NCBI GenBank assembly: GCA_018398765.1
Contig: JAHBMJ010000510.1
Location: 62,001 to 126,000 of the forward strand
Source: Chromera velia
Lineage: Eukaryota
Direction of reading: 5' to 3'
DNA length: 64,000 nucleotides
The translations under genes and the position numbers were made by a program. The notes below the pieces were generated by a model that did not search any database, had not been told where the DNA came from, and saw nothing but the letters and a program-made list of their open reading frames with translations. Positions 49,022 to 62,249 of the stretch are shown one piece after another; the stretch's first letter is position 1, and every line of letters starts with the position of its first letter.

Positions 49022-50836
49022 ATGCATGAAGAGGAACCTCTGGGTGGGGATGAGAGTACAGATGCCTCTCTCACAGAGCTCCCCGATGAGGTTTTCATGC
49101 ATCTCTTCGACGCTCTTCCCCCCTCATCGATGCACAGCCTTTCCAAAGTCTCAAAGGCCCTCAACGCAACTCTCTCCCAACTCAGTCGCTTGGCCTTTCG
49201 ACGTCTCTTTGGGCGAAGCGTCTCTTTTGGTCTCCAGATACCTGACTATCTGGATGCGCAACCTTCTCTGCTGTTTGATCTCCTTGGCCTCGTGCGACAG
49301 GTCCAAAACTCTCACAAGGCGGCCGTCAATGTGCTCTCATGGGCAACGGGTGGGTGAATCTTGTAGGTCTCCTCATTTACTACTCATGCCACCTGCATGT
49401 ATGTACATGATGCCCTTCCTGCTAGCTGGCTGATCTTAATTTTCTCTCCACGCTGGTCCTAATGTCTTCAATGCACTTGTATCATACTTCTCTGTTTTTC
49501 CCTTTCCCCATCCAGAGGCCGTAGCCAGGGAAGTGTTTATGTTCAACTATGGCCCCCTCCCTACTCCTTCGCCTCGAAGGCAGGAGCCCCATCTTTTCTT
49601 TGCTTCCCCTCGAAGGTGTAAAATCATTAAAGTTTCGTCGCCATGGAGCGTGCTGGTGTATTTGTCTGCAGCCTATGGGTATATGGACTTTCTCAGCCGT
49701 TCGTTGAGTCAGTGGACACAGAGAGCAAAGGTTTTCAAGGGGGCGCCTGGAGAGGAGGACGAAGAGGACCAGAGTGTGAATCCGTTTGTGCGTGTCCTCT
49801 GGCTTCTCTGCGCACCCGAGAGAATTTCCCAATGCTCGCCGCCCCTGGCTGTAGCGCTCCGTCAGTCTCCCCTCCACGCACTGCCTCTCTTCCTCAAGGA
49901 GATCGAGAGGGCTGCAGATGAACACTTCACACGAATGGAGACGCGACTCGAGAACGAAGGGGAAACAGGAGAATCCCCCCCCAGGTTCAGCGTGGACCTT
50001 CGTCCTTTTCCTCTTCTGAAGCTGCTGTGCCTGGCTGGAATGAGGGGAGAGCGAGAGGCCTTCAGGAGACTCCTCGAGGTCCTCTGCCGACTTGGATTGG
50101 TCAGTCGACAAAAGGGAAGAGAAAGAGACGAAGGAACGAAGCACGAGAGAGAAGGGGGAAGCTATGCAGAGGGAGAGGAAGAGAGAGAGGGGGGGCTCGG
50201 TTGATCATTTTGACTTTCCAAGGGCGGGGCAGACGGAGGGAAGTGAAGTGAATTCAGGACGATCGTCGAACGAATGCGCGAGCTTCTTAGTCAGGCAGTC
50301 ACAGTTGAACAGAGGACGTATCAGTCAGCCACAGAGAAAGAATGGATAGGTGACATACAGACCCTCTCTCTGAAAGTGCACAAAAGGCCCAGTTTACTGA
50401 ATGCGGTCTCCTGAATTGTCTCGCATCACTCTCTTCTCCCCATTCTCCTTTTCGGCTGATGCAGGAAAGCAGAGGGATGGTTCTTCGGATTGTCTGGTCC
50501 CTCTTGAAGACGCTCAAAGAGCTATCGGGGGATACAGAAGACACCATCAACAACAGCAACAAAAAAGCTGGTACCGGGGGACAGTCAAAAGCAAAAGCGA
50601 AATGGGCAGCGACCCAGGGGCCGCTCAGGAAAAGGGTCGATGAGGGAACTCTTGAGTGTCTCCGAGTTGCTCTGAAGGTATGTAGCTCTCTTCTTTTCTC
50701 CCCAGACTTTTCCCCTCTGTGTTTCTCTCTCTGCACAAATCTGTCTCTGCATGCCTAGTTCTGCTTCTCCCACAAGCTCTTCCTCTATGATCCTTTGGGT
50801 ATCCAGTCAAGCTTATCAGTGAAAGAAAGGAAGGAA

Positions 50837-50874
<38 letters not shown>

Positions 50875-53800
50875 ATGAATGAATGAAAGAAAGAAAGAAA
50901 GAATGAATGAATGAATGAGTGAGTGAGTGAGTGAGTGAGTGAGTCTGTCGTTGTGTGTGCTCGTATGGTCGACCTGTCAAGACCTCTCTTGTACACGTCT
51001 TGCCCCTATTCTTTTTTTCTGACTCCCTCCATGCCCTCCGTGTCTCTTCTCCACAACTCGATTTTCTCCCCATCCTGACATTCCGCTTTCCTTCCCCTGT
51101 CCACAAAGCAGCGCGTCCCTCCAGAGGAAAGACAAGGAGGGGCCGCTGCCTCCGCCCTCCTCTTCGCCTGCCAAGAGAACCTGAGGGAGGCCGTGGAGGC
51201 ACTCGTAAAAGAGCAAGTCGGGACGGACCCCGACCCAATGGCACTTCTGGTCGGTCAGTGGATCTTTCTGTCTGTCCATCATTCCGCCTGTCACACTACC
51301 TCCATGAATGCGTGTCTCCTTCCGTCTTGCCAGCTTTCCGGTCTGTTTGTCCATTGGTTAGTAGAAGTGAATGAAAATAATCAAGAAGCAGAGGTACAGT
51401 TGAAAGGAAGGACGAAACAAGCGAGAGGAAGCTTCTGAAAAATCTCAGAACGGTTTTTGATTTACTTCTGTAAGAGCGGAAGCTGAGAACCCAAAAGGCG
51501 GATTGGTGAATTAATTGGCGTGTCTTTTTTTTTTTTGCCCTTTTGTCCCGAGTTTTTTTCATGATCTTTGTAACTGCTGTATGGAATGGGCAAGCAGGTG
51601 ACCAGAGTGGCGGGAAGACCAGTGCCAAGAGGCCGTCCAACCTCAGCACAGAGAGTGGCGGAAAGAGATGCAACAGTGCGCGCGTCTCTGTACAGAAGGT
51701 CCCGGTCGAGGGGTCAGAGACCTGCACCTCTCTTTTCGGAGACTAGGTCAGGAGTTGTGGGAGGATGGGGTGCCGGTACCCTGGTGCGTACATCCTCTCG
51801 CGTCCCTCCTGCCCCCCTGCCGGAGGGTTTAGAGGGACTCCCTGTGGGTGTGTGGAGGCAGGAACAGGGAGTCGGGGGGAACTTGCCTGTGGAGGATCTG
51901 ATGGGGGATGGTGTCATGACGAGAGGGGCTCCTCAGAATGGAATAGGGGGGGGGGACGAGTTGAGAGCAGACACTTCCCCCCTGCTGGTTGCTGTCAGCA
52001 GAGGGAACTCGGAGGTCGTTGAGGTGGGTTCTGATGGCTCTCTCTCGCCTGCAATTCTTTCTCGCGTTTGCCTTCTCCCGAACTCGCATTCACGCCACAA
52101 AGGATCAACAAAGACGGCTTCGAGCTCTCTTTCGAATCTTCTCAATAATCAATTACAGTTCATCTGGCTCTGAGTTCCTTCCTAATTTTCTTCCCTGCTG
52201 CAGGTTCTTCTTCGTCACCGTGTGGGCAGAGTGAACTTCCGCAGCCTCTCGGGGAAGTCGGCTCTTCTCCTCGCGGTTGAAAAAGGGCGTCCAGACATTG
52301 TCAGACAGGTCTGTCTGTGGGGGTGCAAGTGAATAGAGATGGCATTTGGAGATGTTTCTTTACCCTCAAGTATGGAAGAGCTGCAGCAGCAAATGATAAA
52401 AGTGTGTGCATCTTCTTGAACATTGCGCTGTTTCTCTTCTGAAGATCAATTCATTGGCAGCAGCGGAAGTCAAACGGGATATCCTCCCAAATGAATGCAC
52501 GCAATGAAAGGAGACCGAAATACGCTTGTATATACAATCACATTTTTCCTTCTTCTGCGAACATGCACGGGATAAAACCGTCTCTATTTCTTTCTTCACT
52601 CCTTTCAGCTACTCCGGAGAGGCGCCAACGTTCGCACAGAGAGCGCTGGAGGGAAAAGCGCGCTTTCAGTGGCAGTAGCGGTGGGCCATCTTTCTTCCCT
52701 CCCATTGTCTCTTTTCTTTATCATTGTTGTTCAGTCATCCGTCCCTTCCTTTCTGCCTGTCACGTGATCGCCCTTTCTCGCTTGCTCCTTCCTTCTACGT
52801 GTGTATACTTATCATCTTTTGCACGCAAGCGACGACATGGAATCAGCCGCAGCCACTTACACACGGTCTTTCGTCGGGCTCTATCTCTATGCATTTTTGC
52901 AGAATGGGAACGAAGCAGTGCTCCGCGCTCTTCTCGATTTCTCTTCTCTCGAAGACCTGATGAGGTCAGAGGTAGCAGAGGCGGAATGAAGAAGAAGAAG
53001 AAAGGGAACTAGGAGAGACTGAACAGAATTTGAGTAAGAAGGGAAATGCATTCGAGACGACACCATACTCATACCTGGCTTGGAGTTTAGCCCAGAGCTT
53101 CGACAGGCACGATCTCTCTGTCTACCTCCCTGCCTTATTGGAAGAAGTGTGTCTTCCTGCATCCAGCTTTGGGTTGGTGAGACGAACCCAAGAAGAAAAA
53201 CAAAACAGGCGGACAGAGAGAAAGTGCAGGAGGGACAAGCAGAGCTGCACGGCCTTTTTTTGACCATTGCGAGTGTCACTCACCTGTCTCTACTTTCCAC
53301 TCACAAATTGTGTTCCTCACCGTGCTCAGTGTGCAACCAGATCCAGATAGACCGTCCTGCACACACAGATGGATGGGGATGCAGACGAAAAAACTGCGGC
53401 AAAGTTCGTTCTCTTCACCCATTCCACTCATACCTGCATTCGTACAGGCCCGCTGCAAACGGAGAAACCCTCGTCGGTCTTGCGGAGAGACGCTCCGCCC
53501 GTCCTGTCCTGTGTGCGCTCCTCGAAACGTACCTACGAAAGGTCTGGAACGTGTTTCGAAAAGAGAGAGGACTTTGTTGTTTCTTGGTCATTTTGTCTGT
53601 CATGTGCTGATGCGCCTTTTTGCTTGGGGGAAAAGAAATAGTAAAGCTATCTGACGGCACTTGACGTTCTCCTGCTGGAAGCGAGATCCAATCTGAATTC
53701 TATCTATTAGAGTAGCCCTACAGTGAATGAATGTCGATTGTCAATGTTGTAGTATAGCGATTCATTCGGGTCCGTACTTCTTCGCTCTTTGCCTCCTTTA

Positions 53801-56317
53801 GCTTTCTGACTTCGCCCTGATTAGTGCACAGATCGATTCATGCCAATCGTGTCATTGCAGGTCCGAATGTCTCTGAGAAGGCAGGAGCTGATGGCACAGG
53901 AGCGAGAAGAAAGAGCTGAGAGACAGAGGGAGAGAAGACAGAGAAATGGGACAGACGAAGATTTGGAAGAAGTCGATTTAGATGAGGAAGAGGAGGTACC
54001 ACTGGAACCCCACTGGCTGGACCTTTGTGACCGTTTGGGGGTCAGTTGAATTGACTCCTTCATTTGCTTGCGAACTTTCTCGAGCTCCTGCACTTAGACA
54101 TTCAAAGGCTTATGTATGCATTTGTCCCGCCTGTTTCCTCCTCCTCGCTCCATGGATCTTTTTCACTCTCCTCACTATCCTCTCTGTCTTCATTGTAGCA
54201 CCTGTTCTCTCTAAAATTTCTCTCTCTTGTTTCTGCATGCGTGAAATGTCCTCCATCCTCTGCACTTCCTTTCGCTGGCTTGCAACTTGGATCAAAATGA
54301 GAACAAAAGTTCCTTATTTCTCAAAGACCGCTGGCATGTTCTAAACAAAAAACTGACTTTGCAGATCATTGACAGGGTGGACAGAGAAGATCGTCGACTT
54401 GAACAAAAAGAAAAGGCAGAAGAAGAAGCAACAAAGAAGAACGCAGAATCACTGCGCTCTGCCAATCTTCTTCTGCCGTCTCCAAATCCCCCAAAGATTC
54501 TACCCTCCAGTGCTCCCGACGAGACCCCCGCAATCGCACAACGTTCTCTGTTGACTCCATCTTCTCCTTCTTCTTCGTCTGCCAGACAAAACACCCCGAG
54601 AAATCCTCCCCTCTTCCCAGACTGCCGCGCCTTTTATCTTGGAGAGGCAGAGCCCCTTGACATCGAGGAGAAGACAAACACTCAGGGGACCACGATGACA
54701 GGAAATGAAAGGGAGAATCGTGAACCTCCAACGGATTCTCCATGCACACCAACCACCCCTCCTCCCTTCCTTTGCAGAGCAGCTGTGCTCCCCTCAAGCC
54801 CCTCTCGTCCCTCTGCTGGCTTGCAAGAGGACGTTTTGCTGCAAAGTTTCTCCACACACCCGCAAGCAGCCAGCCCCAGTCTCCCCTCCACGTCTCTCCA
54901 TCCTCAGCTTTTCTCTCCATTGCCGACTGATCACTCCCGGCAGGGCCCTTTTCCCTCCCCCCCTGCCCCCGCTTCGGAGGAACCAAAGCAAATGGAGTCA
55001 CCAGAAAAAAGTTTCCATGAAGAACTCTCACCGGAAAATTTTGGAAAGCAGTTTTGTGCAAGATTCGATCCCACCTCCTCGCACAGACATGAACCAGACA
55101 TCGCCAGGCCTCCCTGTCTCGTATCCTCCCAGAGAGACGAGACGGCAGGTCCTGTTGCCTCTGCTTCGCCTTGCTCACCTTCGTCCCTTCAGGCTTGCGG
55201 GAGCTCTGCAGAATTCCCTTTGCCCCTTCTCTCCCGAAATGAGGAAAGGCGAAAGAAAGACGCCCCTGCCTCCCCATCCGAGCATCCGTCCTTTTTCTCA
55301 TCGAAGTTTTCTTCTCCCTCTACACTCAATTATTTGGCAGCGAACCGAAAAGAACAGGAAGAAACAGAAGGAACCTCAATCAACACAAGTCGAAGCACCG
55401 AGAGGATGGCAGAGGGGAAGGCAGAAAGATACTGTCGGTTGAGAAGCCTGGAAGAAACGGAGACATTTAGGAAACGTTCAGGAAACCTCAAGTCCTGTCC
55501 CCCATCCTCTTCCTCCTCGCACCCTTCTTGCCCACCGAATCACACAGCGCAACCACCCACACACCCCACAAACGGAGACACACCAACCAACAACGCTCCA
55601 CCTAGCATCAATGAGCCCATCAGTTTGGCCCTTCATAGAGCACTCGCACGGAGAGGCCACAAGTTGGAGACCTCAGACGACAGACGGAGACGTCGCATAC
55701 AGAGGGAGCACAGGCGTCAGGAGAGGGAGGACAGGATTCGAACAGAGGCCCGAGCCAGATTCGAAAGGGAACACACCGCCCACAGAACCTCCTCCTTGGA
55801 GATGACGGAGGAAAGAGACGCCTTCACACTTCCCCCTAGGCTCTCGATGTTAAAATTCGGAGAGAGACCGTCAACCTTGGACGTGTCAATCCACTCACAA
55901 ACCCAGACAAAATCCAGGTCTGCCGAAATTACAAAATGGTCCCGACTGTCCGAGTCGACCCGTTTCACTTCTTCCCTGCTTGACTCAGGGAGTCCTACAG
56001 AATCGACTGAAAGACCCACACAGATCGCAACCCTGTCTGGGAATATTGAGAGCACAGATGCAAACACCCGCTGGCTCAGTTGTCAGAACACATCTTACAG
56101 GCTGACAGAAACTAGCCACTGCTTGTCTTCTCCCCGTTCTTCAGAACGTCTGGCATTCTCTCAGAAGATGCAAAAACTGCTTGGCTGGTCTGATGTTCTC
56201 AGGTCGGGAGGAAGACTTGATGCTTGTCTTGCAGCTGAGCAAGTCTTAGCCCCACAATTACAGGAAGCCACTCCAAACCCTTGGAAGCTTCAAAATCCAG
56301 ATTTTGGGCCAAATTGA
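49022..56317 (+). CDS. F-box plus ankyrin-repeat protein with a long Ser/Pro-rich C-terminal tail (11 exons)
   Basis: Exons 49022-49349, 49516-50099, 50465-50677, 51112-51249, 51598-52023, 52204-52308, 52609-52680, 52903-52964, 53448-53541, 53861-54040 and 54365-56317 are phase-consistent. F-box LTELPDEVFMHLFDALPPSSMHSLSKVSK; ankyrin SPLLVAVSRGNSEVVEVLL and GKSALLLAVEKGRPDIVRQLLRRGANV. Confidence 0.88.
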
Positions 56318-56801
56318 TTTAAATAATTCTAAAACTTGAAAACTTTAAAAAAAATCAACTCTGATTTCATAAGCTATGACGCCTATTTATACCAATTTAG
56401 GCGCTAGTGTATTAATATGTGTCACTATTATTATTTAGCTTAATATGACTAATTATGTTCACGTTATATAATTAAATTAATGTGATGTGATGAGGTGACT
56501 TAACCCGGCAGCCATCGTAATCCAATGGCCAAGGGCAGTCTGCTAGGCAGTCTGTTGCATGCATACGTACAACATACATTGTTCACAACTTAGGCCTATA
56601 GAGCTTATATGGCTTTGAAAGGCTAGTTATATTCATTAAAAATAATATAGTCGTTTCCTAGGTCATTTTATTTTCAAATATAGAATTAAGCAACTTAGTA
56701 GGAAATCTTTTGTTTAAACCATGATAAATATTTATAAACCTAAAGAATTTTAATGACTTAATAATAGGTCACTGGGTTTGGTAGCCTGAATGTTTGCTAT
56801 T

Positions 56802-57450
56802 CCCTGCAGGTAGCCAGGATTTTACAGGATTTTAGCCCAGGATTTTAGCGGATTTTACGGGATTTTGGCCAGGATTTTAGCGGATTTTGGCGGATTTTGC
56901 CCAGGATTCTGCCGGACTCTTAATGTTAAAAATATAATCCCTGCACCTAAGGTTTTAGAATCTAAAATCCTGGAAGAAAGCTAAAATCCTAGCCTCTTCC
57001 TAGGATTTTATGGGATTATACGGGACTTTACAGGATTATACGGGATTTTACGGGATTATACAGGATTTTACGGGATTTTGAAGAAATAAATAAAATTAAA
57101 TTCAAAGATGAATGATACACTTCAAGGCTACACAAGAGGGATAACCAGCATCGATTGTGATCAACTTTTATTTCATTGTTTTTGTTTATGTTAAAATTCC
57201 GTAAAATCCCGTATAATATATCCCGTAAAATCCTGTAAAATCCTGGCATTCATTTTTAAAATCCTAGGATCCAGCATTTTAGTCTTTATAATCCCTAAAG
57301 CCAGGATTTTAGATTCTAAAATCTTGAAGAAATAGTCCGGCAGAATCCTGGGCAAAATCCGCCTAAATCCACTAAAATCCTGGCCAGAATCCCGTAAAAT
57401 CTGCTAAAATCCTGGGCTAAAATCCTGCAAAATCCTAGCTACCTGCAGGG
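56802..57450. mobile_element. MITE with ~115-bp terminal inverted repeats (CCCTGCAGGTAG...CTACCTGCAGGG), largely palindromic
   Basis: The left arm of GGATTTT subrepeats mirrors the right-arm AAAATCC subrepeats. Flanked by TT on both sides (possible 2-bp TSD); no ORF. Confidence 0.9.
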
Positions 57451-58304
57451 TTGTTTTTGTTTTTAGAGCTCTTCAAGCTGCTCTTGTTGAAGTTAGTGCC
57501 AAAGTTAATTTAGCAGTACTGATATAACTGGTTTTCAACTGGATAATCAGCCTGAATTTCAATTAAGAAGTTTTTGCACCTAGGTCTGTACCCTAAAAAT
57601 TATTACTGGCTATGTCTTATCCTGACATATTTTTTTCAAAGTATGTTATATAAATTCAACTATCCATATTTTTAAAAAATCCAATGTAAGCTTTCAAATA
57701 CCTGGGGGATTATGCCCCATGGAGCCTAGAGTGAATGAACAAATTTTTGTATGACATGCCCGTATGGTGGCTAGTGGTGGCTTACCGGCTTCAACCTAAA
57801 TATTAATTCAATTCGCTCTTAGATTCTCCTAGACTAAATCTAACTAAATTATAATTAACGTTTTCACAATTTATTAACACATTTGAATGAATGAATGAAT
57901 GAATGAATGAATGAAGTTGGCTTTGCTAGAGTGGAGCCGTGCTCCCAGCAGCCCACTGGGCATGTTCATATTTATGATTTCTCTCATATCTATAAACTAT
58001 ATCTATAAACTATGATAATAACTATATATATGAATCAATCAATCAATCAGGCGGACGTGCTAGGAACTGATCTTAAATGCAGTTTCCCACAAATCAATCA
58101 TGGTTTGAATTAGCATGATAAGTTTAAATTTTATGATTGATGATTGATTTACTAGAAACAACTGCAAAGACGACCTCCGTGCACAGGATGGTATGTCTCT
58201 CTTTTGGAAGTCTTGAGAGCTACGCATTGGGCTACTTGTGTTAGAGTGCACACTTTGAGATACAAGTGATGCGATAAGAGAATATTCTACTAAGCAGGCT
58301 TCGC

Positions 58305-60514
58305 TCAGAGAATGGTGTTCAATGCAGAGTCGAAATCAGTCCCGGATGACGGGACCTCAGTGGCTGGGTCAGAATCTGGCTCTGAGGCCGAGGCTAATGA
58401 CCTTCTTTCTGCTGACCCCGTTGCAAGACTCGTTTCTCGGAGGAGGGTCTGAAGGTCGAGCCGCGCCTCTGTGACGGCAAAGAGGCATTCATGCCCGCCT
58501 TTCAGAGGGGCATCTGACATCGAGAGGTAGGCTGGGAGTGCAAAGGAAGGCAGGAGGGACTGAAGGAAGGACAGAACTCCTGGGAGTTCCAAAACGACCC
58601 ACTGAAGTGAAAGGATTAAAGTTCCCAGGACAACCAACCCCCCCACACGGGAATCGACAACCTTTGCCCCCTCGACACTGTGCGTCTCGAGTCTTGTCGT
58701 GAGCTTTCCAGACTCAAGTGCGAAGTGCACACGGAAGACCACAGCCACCCCCATAGTGCAGAGGTCGACTGTAACACCGTGCAATGCTCCTTTCTCCCTC
58801 CCTCTAAATCGAATACCGACAGACAGGTAAAGAAGCGACTCGTCATACGATGTGGAGAGTTTGGGTTCAGGTTCCTCGAGGAGAGTCAATTCGACACTCA
58901 CGGGGTCCTCAAACTCTTCATGCCAGGGATCCCCGACCAGGGCCGACCAAAACCCGGAACTACCCCACTCCCCGAGCTCCTCAGAGTACAAAATGCCCTC
59001 CTTCTGCGCCAGCTCGCAGAGAAAATTGCTCACCTGAAGAAACGAAAGAATCTTCCGGTACACATTCTTTCACACCAACATCTCTAGTAATCGAACAAGA
59101 ACTACAAACACACATTATGTATTGATGTAGGAAATGTTAACAAAAGAAGTCACGAAGCTGCTGCCGACATGCAAAAATGCGATGCAGAAATGCACGGCAA
59201 AACCACAAGGCTGACCGATCACTCTGGAGAGGTCACAAAAATGTGTTCCTGTCTTCTTCTGCCAGCAGAAAAAAGGGAGTACGTCAACTTGCTGACCTGC
59301 CAATCATGAAGCATGAACCCTGCATTGAGCGCGCCCTTTGCCAAGTGGAGCTCTTGGCGTATCTGCAGGGCACACTCGTTCCCTCCCTGCCACCCCGCAC
59401 ACCTCCCTGAGGGGTTCTTTTCCCGCAGTGTCACCCCTACCCACACAGAACGTCTCAACACGTCAGAATAAAAACCCGAAAACTCCCCACTGTCTCCCAG
59501 CATCCGAGTCGATGCATCTACACGCATGCCGTCAACAGTCGGAATATTCAGCAGCTTCTTTGCTGAATGCTTCTCAATGAGTGTACTCATCGCAGCCCAT
59601 TGTCTCTTTACCGCCCTCGAAATGCCCTCCAATGCCAACCCACCCGCAATCCTGCCAACTGAATCGACCATCGGCGCACACACAGACCCCCAGGAACCCC
59701 AACCATCTCTGTCGAGACCCAGACGGATCTCCTGACCGGATACATGGACTTCTGTCTTGAAGGGAGCGGAGGCCCCGCTCGTGTGGTCCGTGAAAGCGAA
59801 ACGAATGAACACCATCAGACTACGGACGACTACCGTGACCTCCCCCTCACACTTTGTTTCCCTCGGCCCCCTCACGAGAATTTCAGCCGTCCCCTCCATT
59901 CCAAACTGCACCGCAAGGCCCATCTCGTCCACCCCCTGCACGTCCATCATCACCCCCTCAACATCTAGATGAAGTATAGAGACGGTACGAACGACCATGT
60001 AGACGGGAGCAATCTCGTCTCCAAGGAGTTTCCTTCCTGTAAGAAATCTAGTCACAGTGTCTATTAGAAGGTCGTGAATGACTTTTGTGTCGAGGTTCTC
60101 AACAGAGGCCCTCAGCACATCCCGAGTAACGACAGCACCTATGGGGAAAATGCTAGCACTCGGGCTGTGTGTCTGCTCATGCCACCTGGTGGCAGCACAG
60201 CAGCACACCTTGTGGCCACGGAGACACCTCTCGCCGTCGATCCAAGGCTCGCATACTCTGTGGTCGCAGTCGGCATCACAGCTGGCGTTGCAGTTGGGTG
60301 CTGTCCCAACGACAGTGCCAAAACCGGTGAAGGTATTGTCTCCGCGCTTGGCCCGCAGCTTGCAGAACTGATCGCAGGACCCTTGCGCTAAATCAGAATC
60401 TCGAATCTTTCTCTTTCCCCCGAATAATGCGATTGCGATGCACGACGGGCTGGAACTGAGAAGACCGAGCCACAAAGAAAGGAGAATGCGGAAAGCAGGC
60501 AGAACATATGTCAT
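58305..60514 (-). CDS. Secreted protein: signal peptide, Cys-rich GTAPxC module, probable BPI/LBP-like (TULIP) lipid-binding region (2 exons)
   Basis: Exons 60514-59297 and 59033-58305 (phase 0, GTCAGC..TTCAG). Hydrophobic N-terminus; GTAPNCNASC...DGERCLRGHKVCCC; two amphipathic beta-rich halves with GFMLHDWQVSNFLCELAQKEGIL resembling the start of the BPI C-domain. The CDS is firm; the fold is inference. Confidence 0.7.
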
Positions 60515-61498
60515 GATCGTTTAAACAAAGTTATGTATCGATAGTCGCATGGCGCTGTAACACATTTCCGGAACGTATATATATATATATGTACGGAGAA
60601 CAGCGACTGCGAGTGCAGCTCGCGATGCAGGCCAAGATGATGGCAATGACTGGGAAGAAGCCCACATTGAGAGACACAAGACCTGGTCAATCTGCCGAGT
60701 ACTACGTACCGAGTCTGACAGCAATATGATCGTTGAAAAAATATGATGCAAAGTTGATCGAAGTGTTGCACATGCAATTTCGAAAGAACGTGTTGCATGC
60801 ATAAACGCATGCATGTGTTGCATGCAGCTAGGGTATACGTGTTGACAGGGTGTTGTGCGCTGTTGCCTGTACTGTTGCGTGCCAGAATTTGGCCCAGAAA
60901 ACGTAAGAGAGCTCACAGAAACGGCGAAGATCCCCAGTTTTCCCCAATCATGCACTGCTAGTCTGAGGTGACACAGCACCTAGCACAGCAGCAAAGTGAA
61001 ACAACAGGGTCCAGTTTAAGAGCATTGACAGAAACGGGTTTCTATGTACTTTTATGCGTTAAATAAGTTAATGAAAATACATTATGAGATAATGACAGTA
61101 CCGCTAGGCTGTACTAGGCTGTTATGAAGTTTAACTATGACTTTCTACCAATTGAGCAAGAACTTTGAACAATGTAGCCTGCTAAGAGCTATAGGCTATA
61201 AGTGTAAAACAAACGAACCTATCATTAGTTTTTCTATCTTGCCGTTGAAGCCACAAGTGATAAGCTGCGCATTAAAAGTGATTAATAAGCTTGCTCCTAG
61301 AATCGAGACTAACAGGAAAAAGCGGAACTTTCGGACAAACTAGGCTAGATCCGCCCCTCATATGTGGGGACGTGGCATACATAATAAAACCTTCGATCAT
61401 CATTTTGTTTCCTTATGCAATTCTGGTTTTGGAGCTTCTCTGGAGATAATTGATTTGAGTTGGTTAGGTGATATCGGGAAGGCCCTAGGGCGGAACAT

Positions 61499-61535
<37 letters not shown>

Positions 61536-61851
61536 AAAGTTTTGAAATCATATTTTAATCATGCAAAAAAAAATTGTAAGAAAAAAAGTTTAACTATAAA
61601 AAAGAAATACTACTACGCCTACTTATGCCAGGCTAAATGCTGTTATCCTAGCACCGTAGTAGTGGCTACGTCTAGGGCTACGTTTATCACTAAAAAATAA
61701 TATACAGATAAGCTCTGGTTGCTCCATAGCTATCCGCCGGAGCAAAACCTGAAGCAAAACAATTGAAGTTACAATTTACAAAGACCAAGTCTGCAATCCA
61801 ATTGAACTCGGTAGACTGCACATGCAGGTACATGCGTTTATACACTGTAGA

Positions 61852-62212
61852 TCAATTTGTTCTCAACCTAGTTCTGAATTGCACCAAAATTTCCAGGACG
61901 TTCAACAAATCTGCAGGTGTCAGATGTACTGAGCCGTGTTCTGCTTTTTTGAGTCGCTGAGAAAGTTCCGATGCTGAACCCCGATCTCCCTCACCAGAAT
62001 GAGATAATTCTACGGAAGCCGCCCGTTGTCTTATGACGTTGACAGCCGCTTCCCTGCAGATAGGGGCATCGAAGAGAAACCAAAGAGGATCAAATACGAT
62101 GGAGACACACTGAGAATTCGGCGCAGACTCTTCCCCTGAACAAGTTGAAGTTACGGTCACTCCGTTCATGCATCTGCCTGGCAGCTTGAGGTCCGTCTAC
62201 CCAGTATCGGTT

Positions 62213-62249
<37 letters not shown>

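Noticed and set aside
56810..57445. GGATTTT arrays as telomeric repeats or a CRISPR-like array
   Set aside because: Irregular period, inverted arrangement within TIRs and no unique spacers; explained by the MITE.
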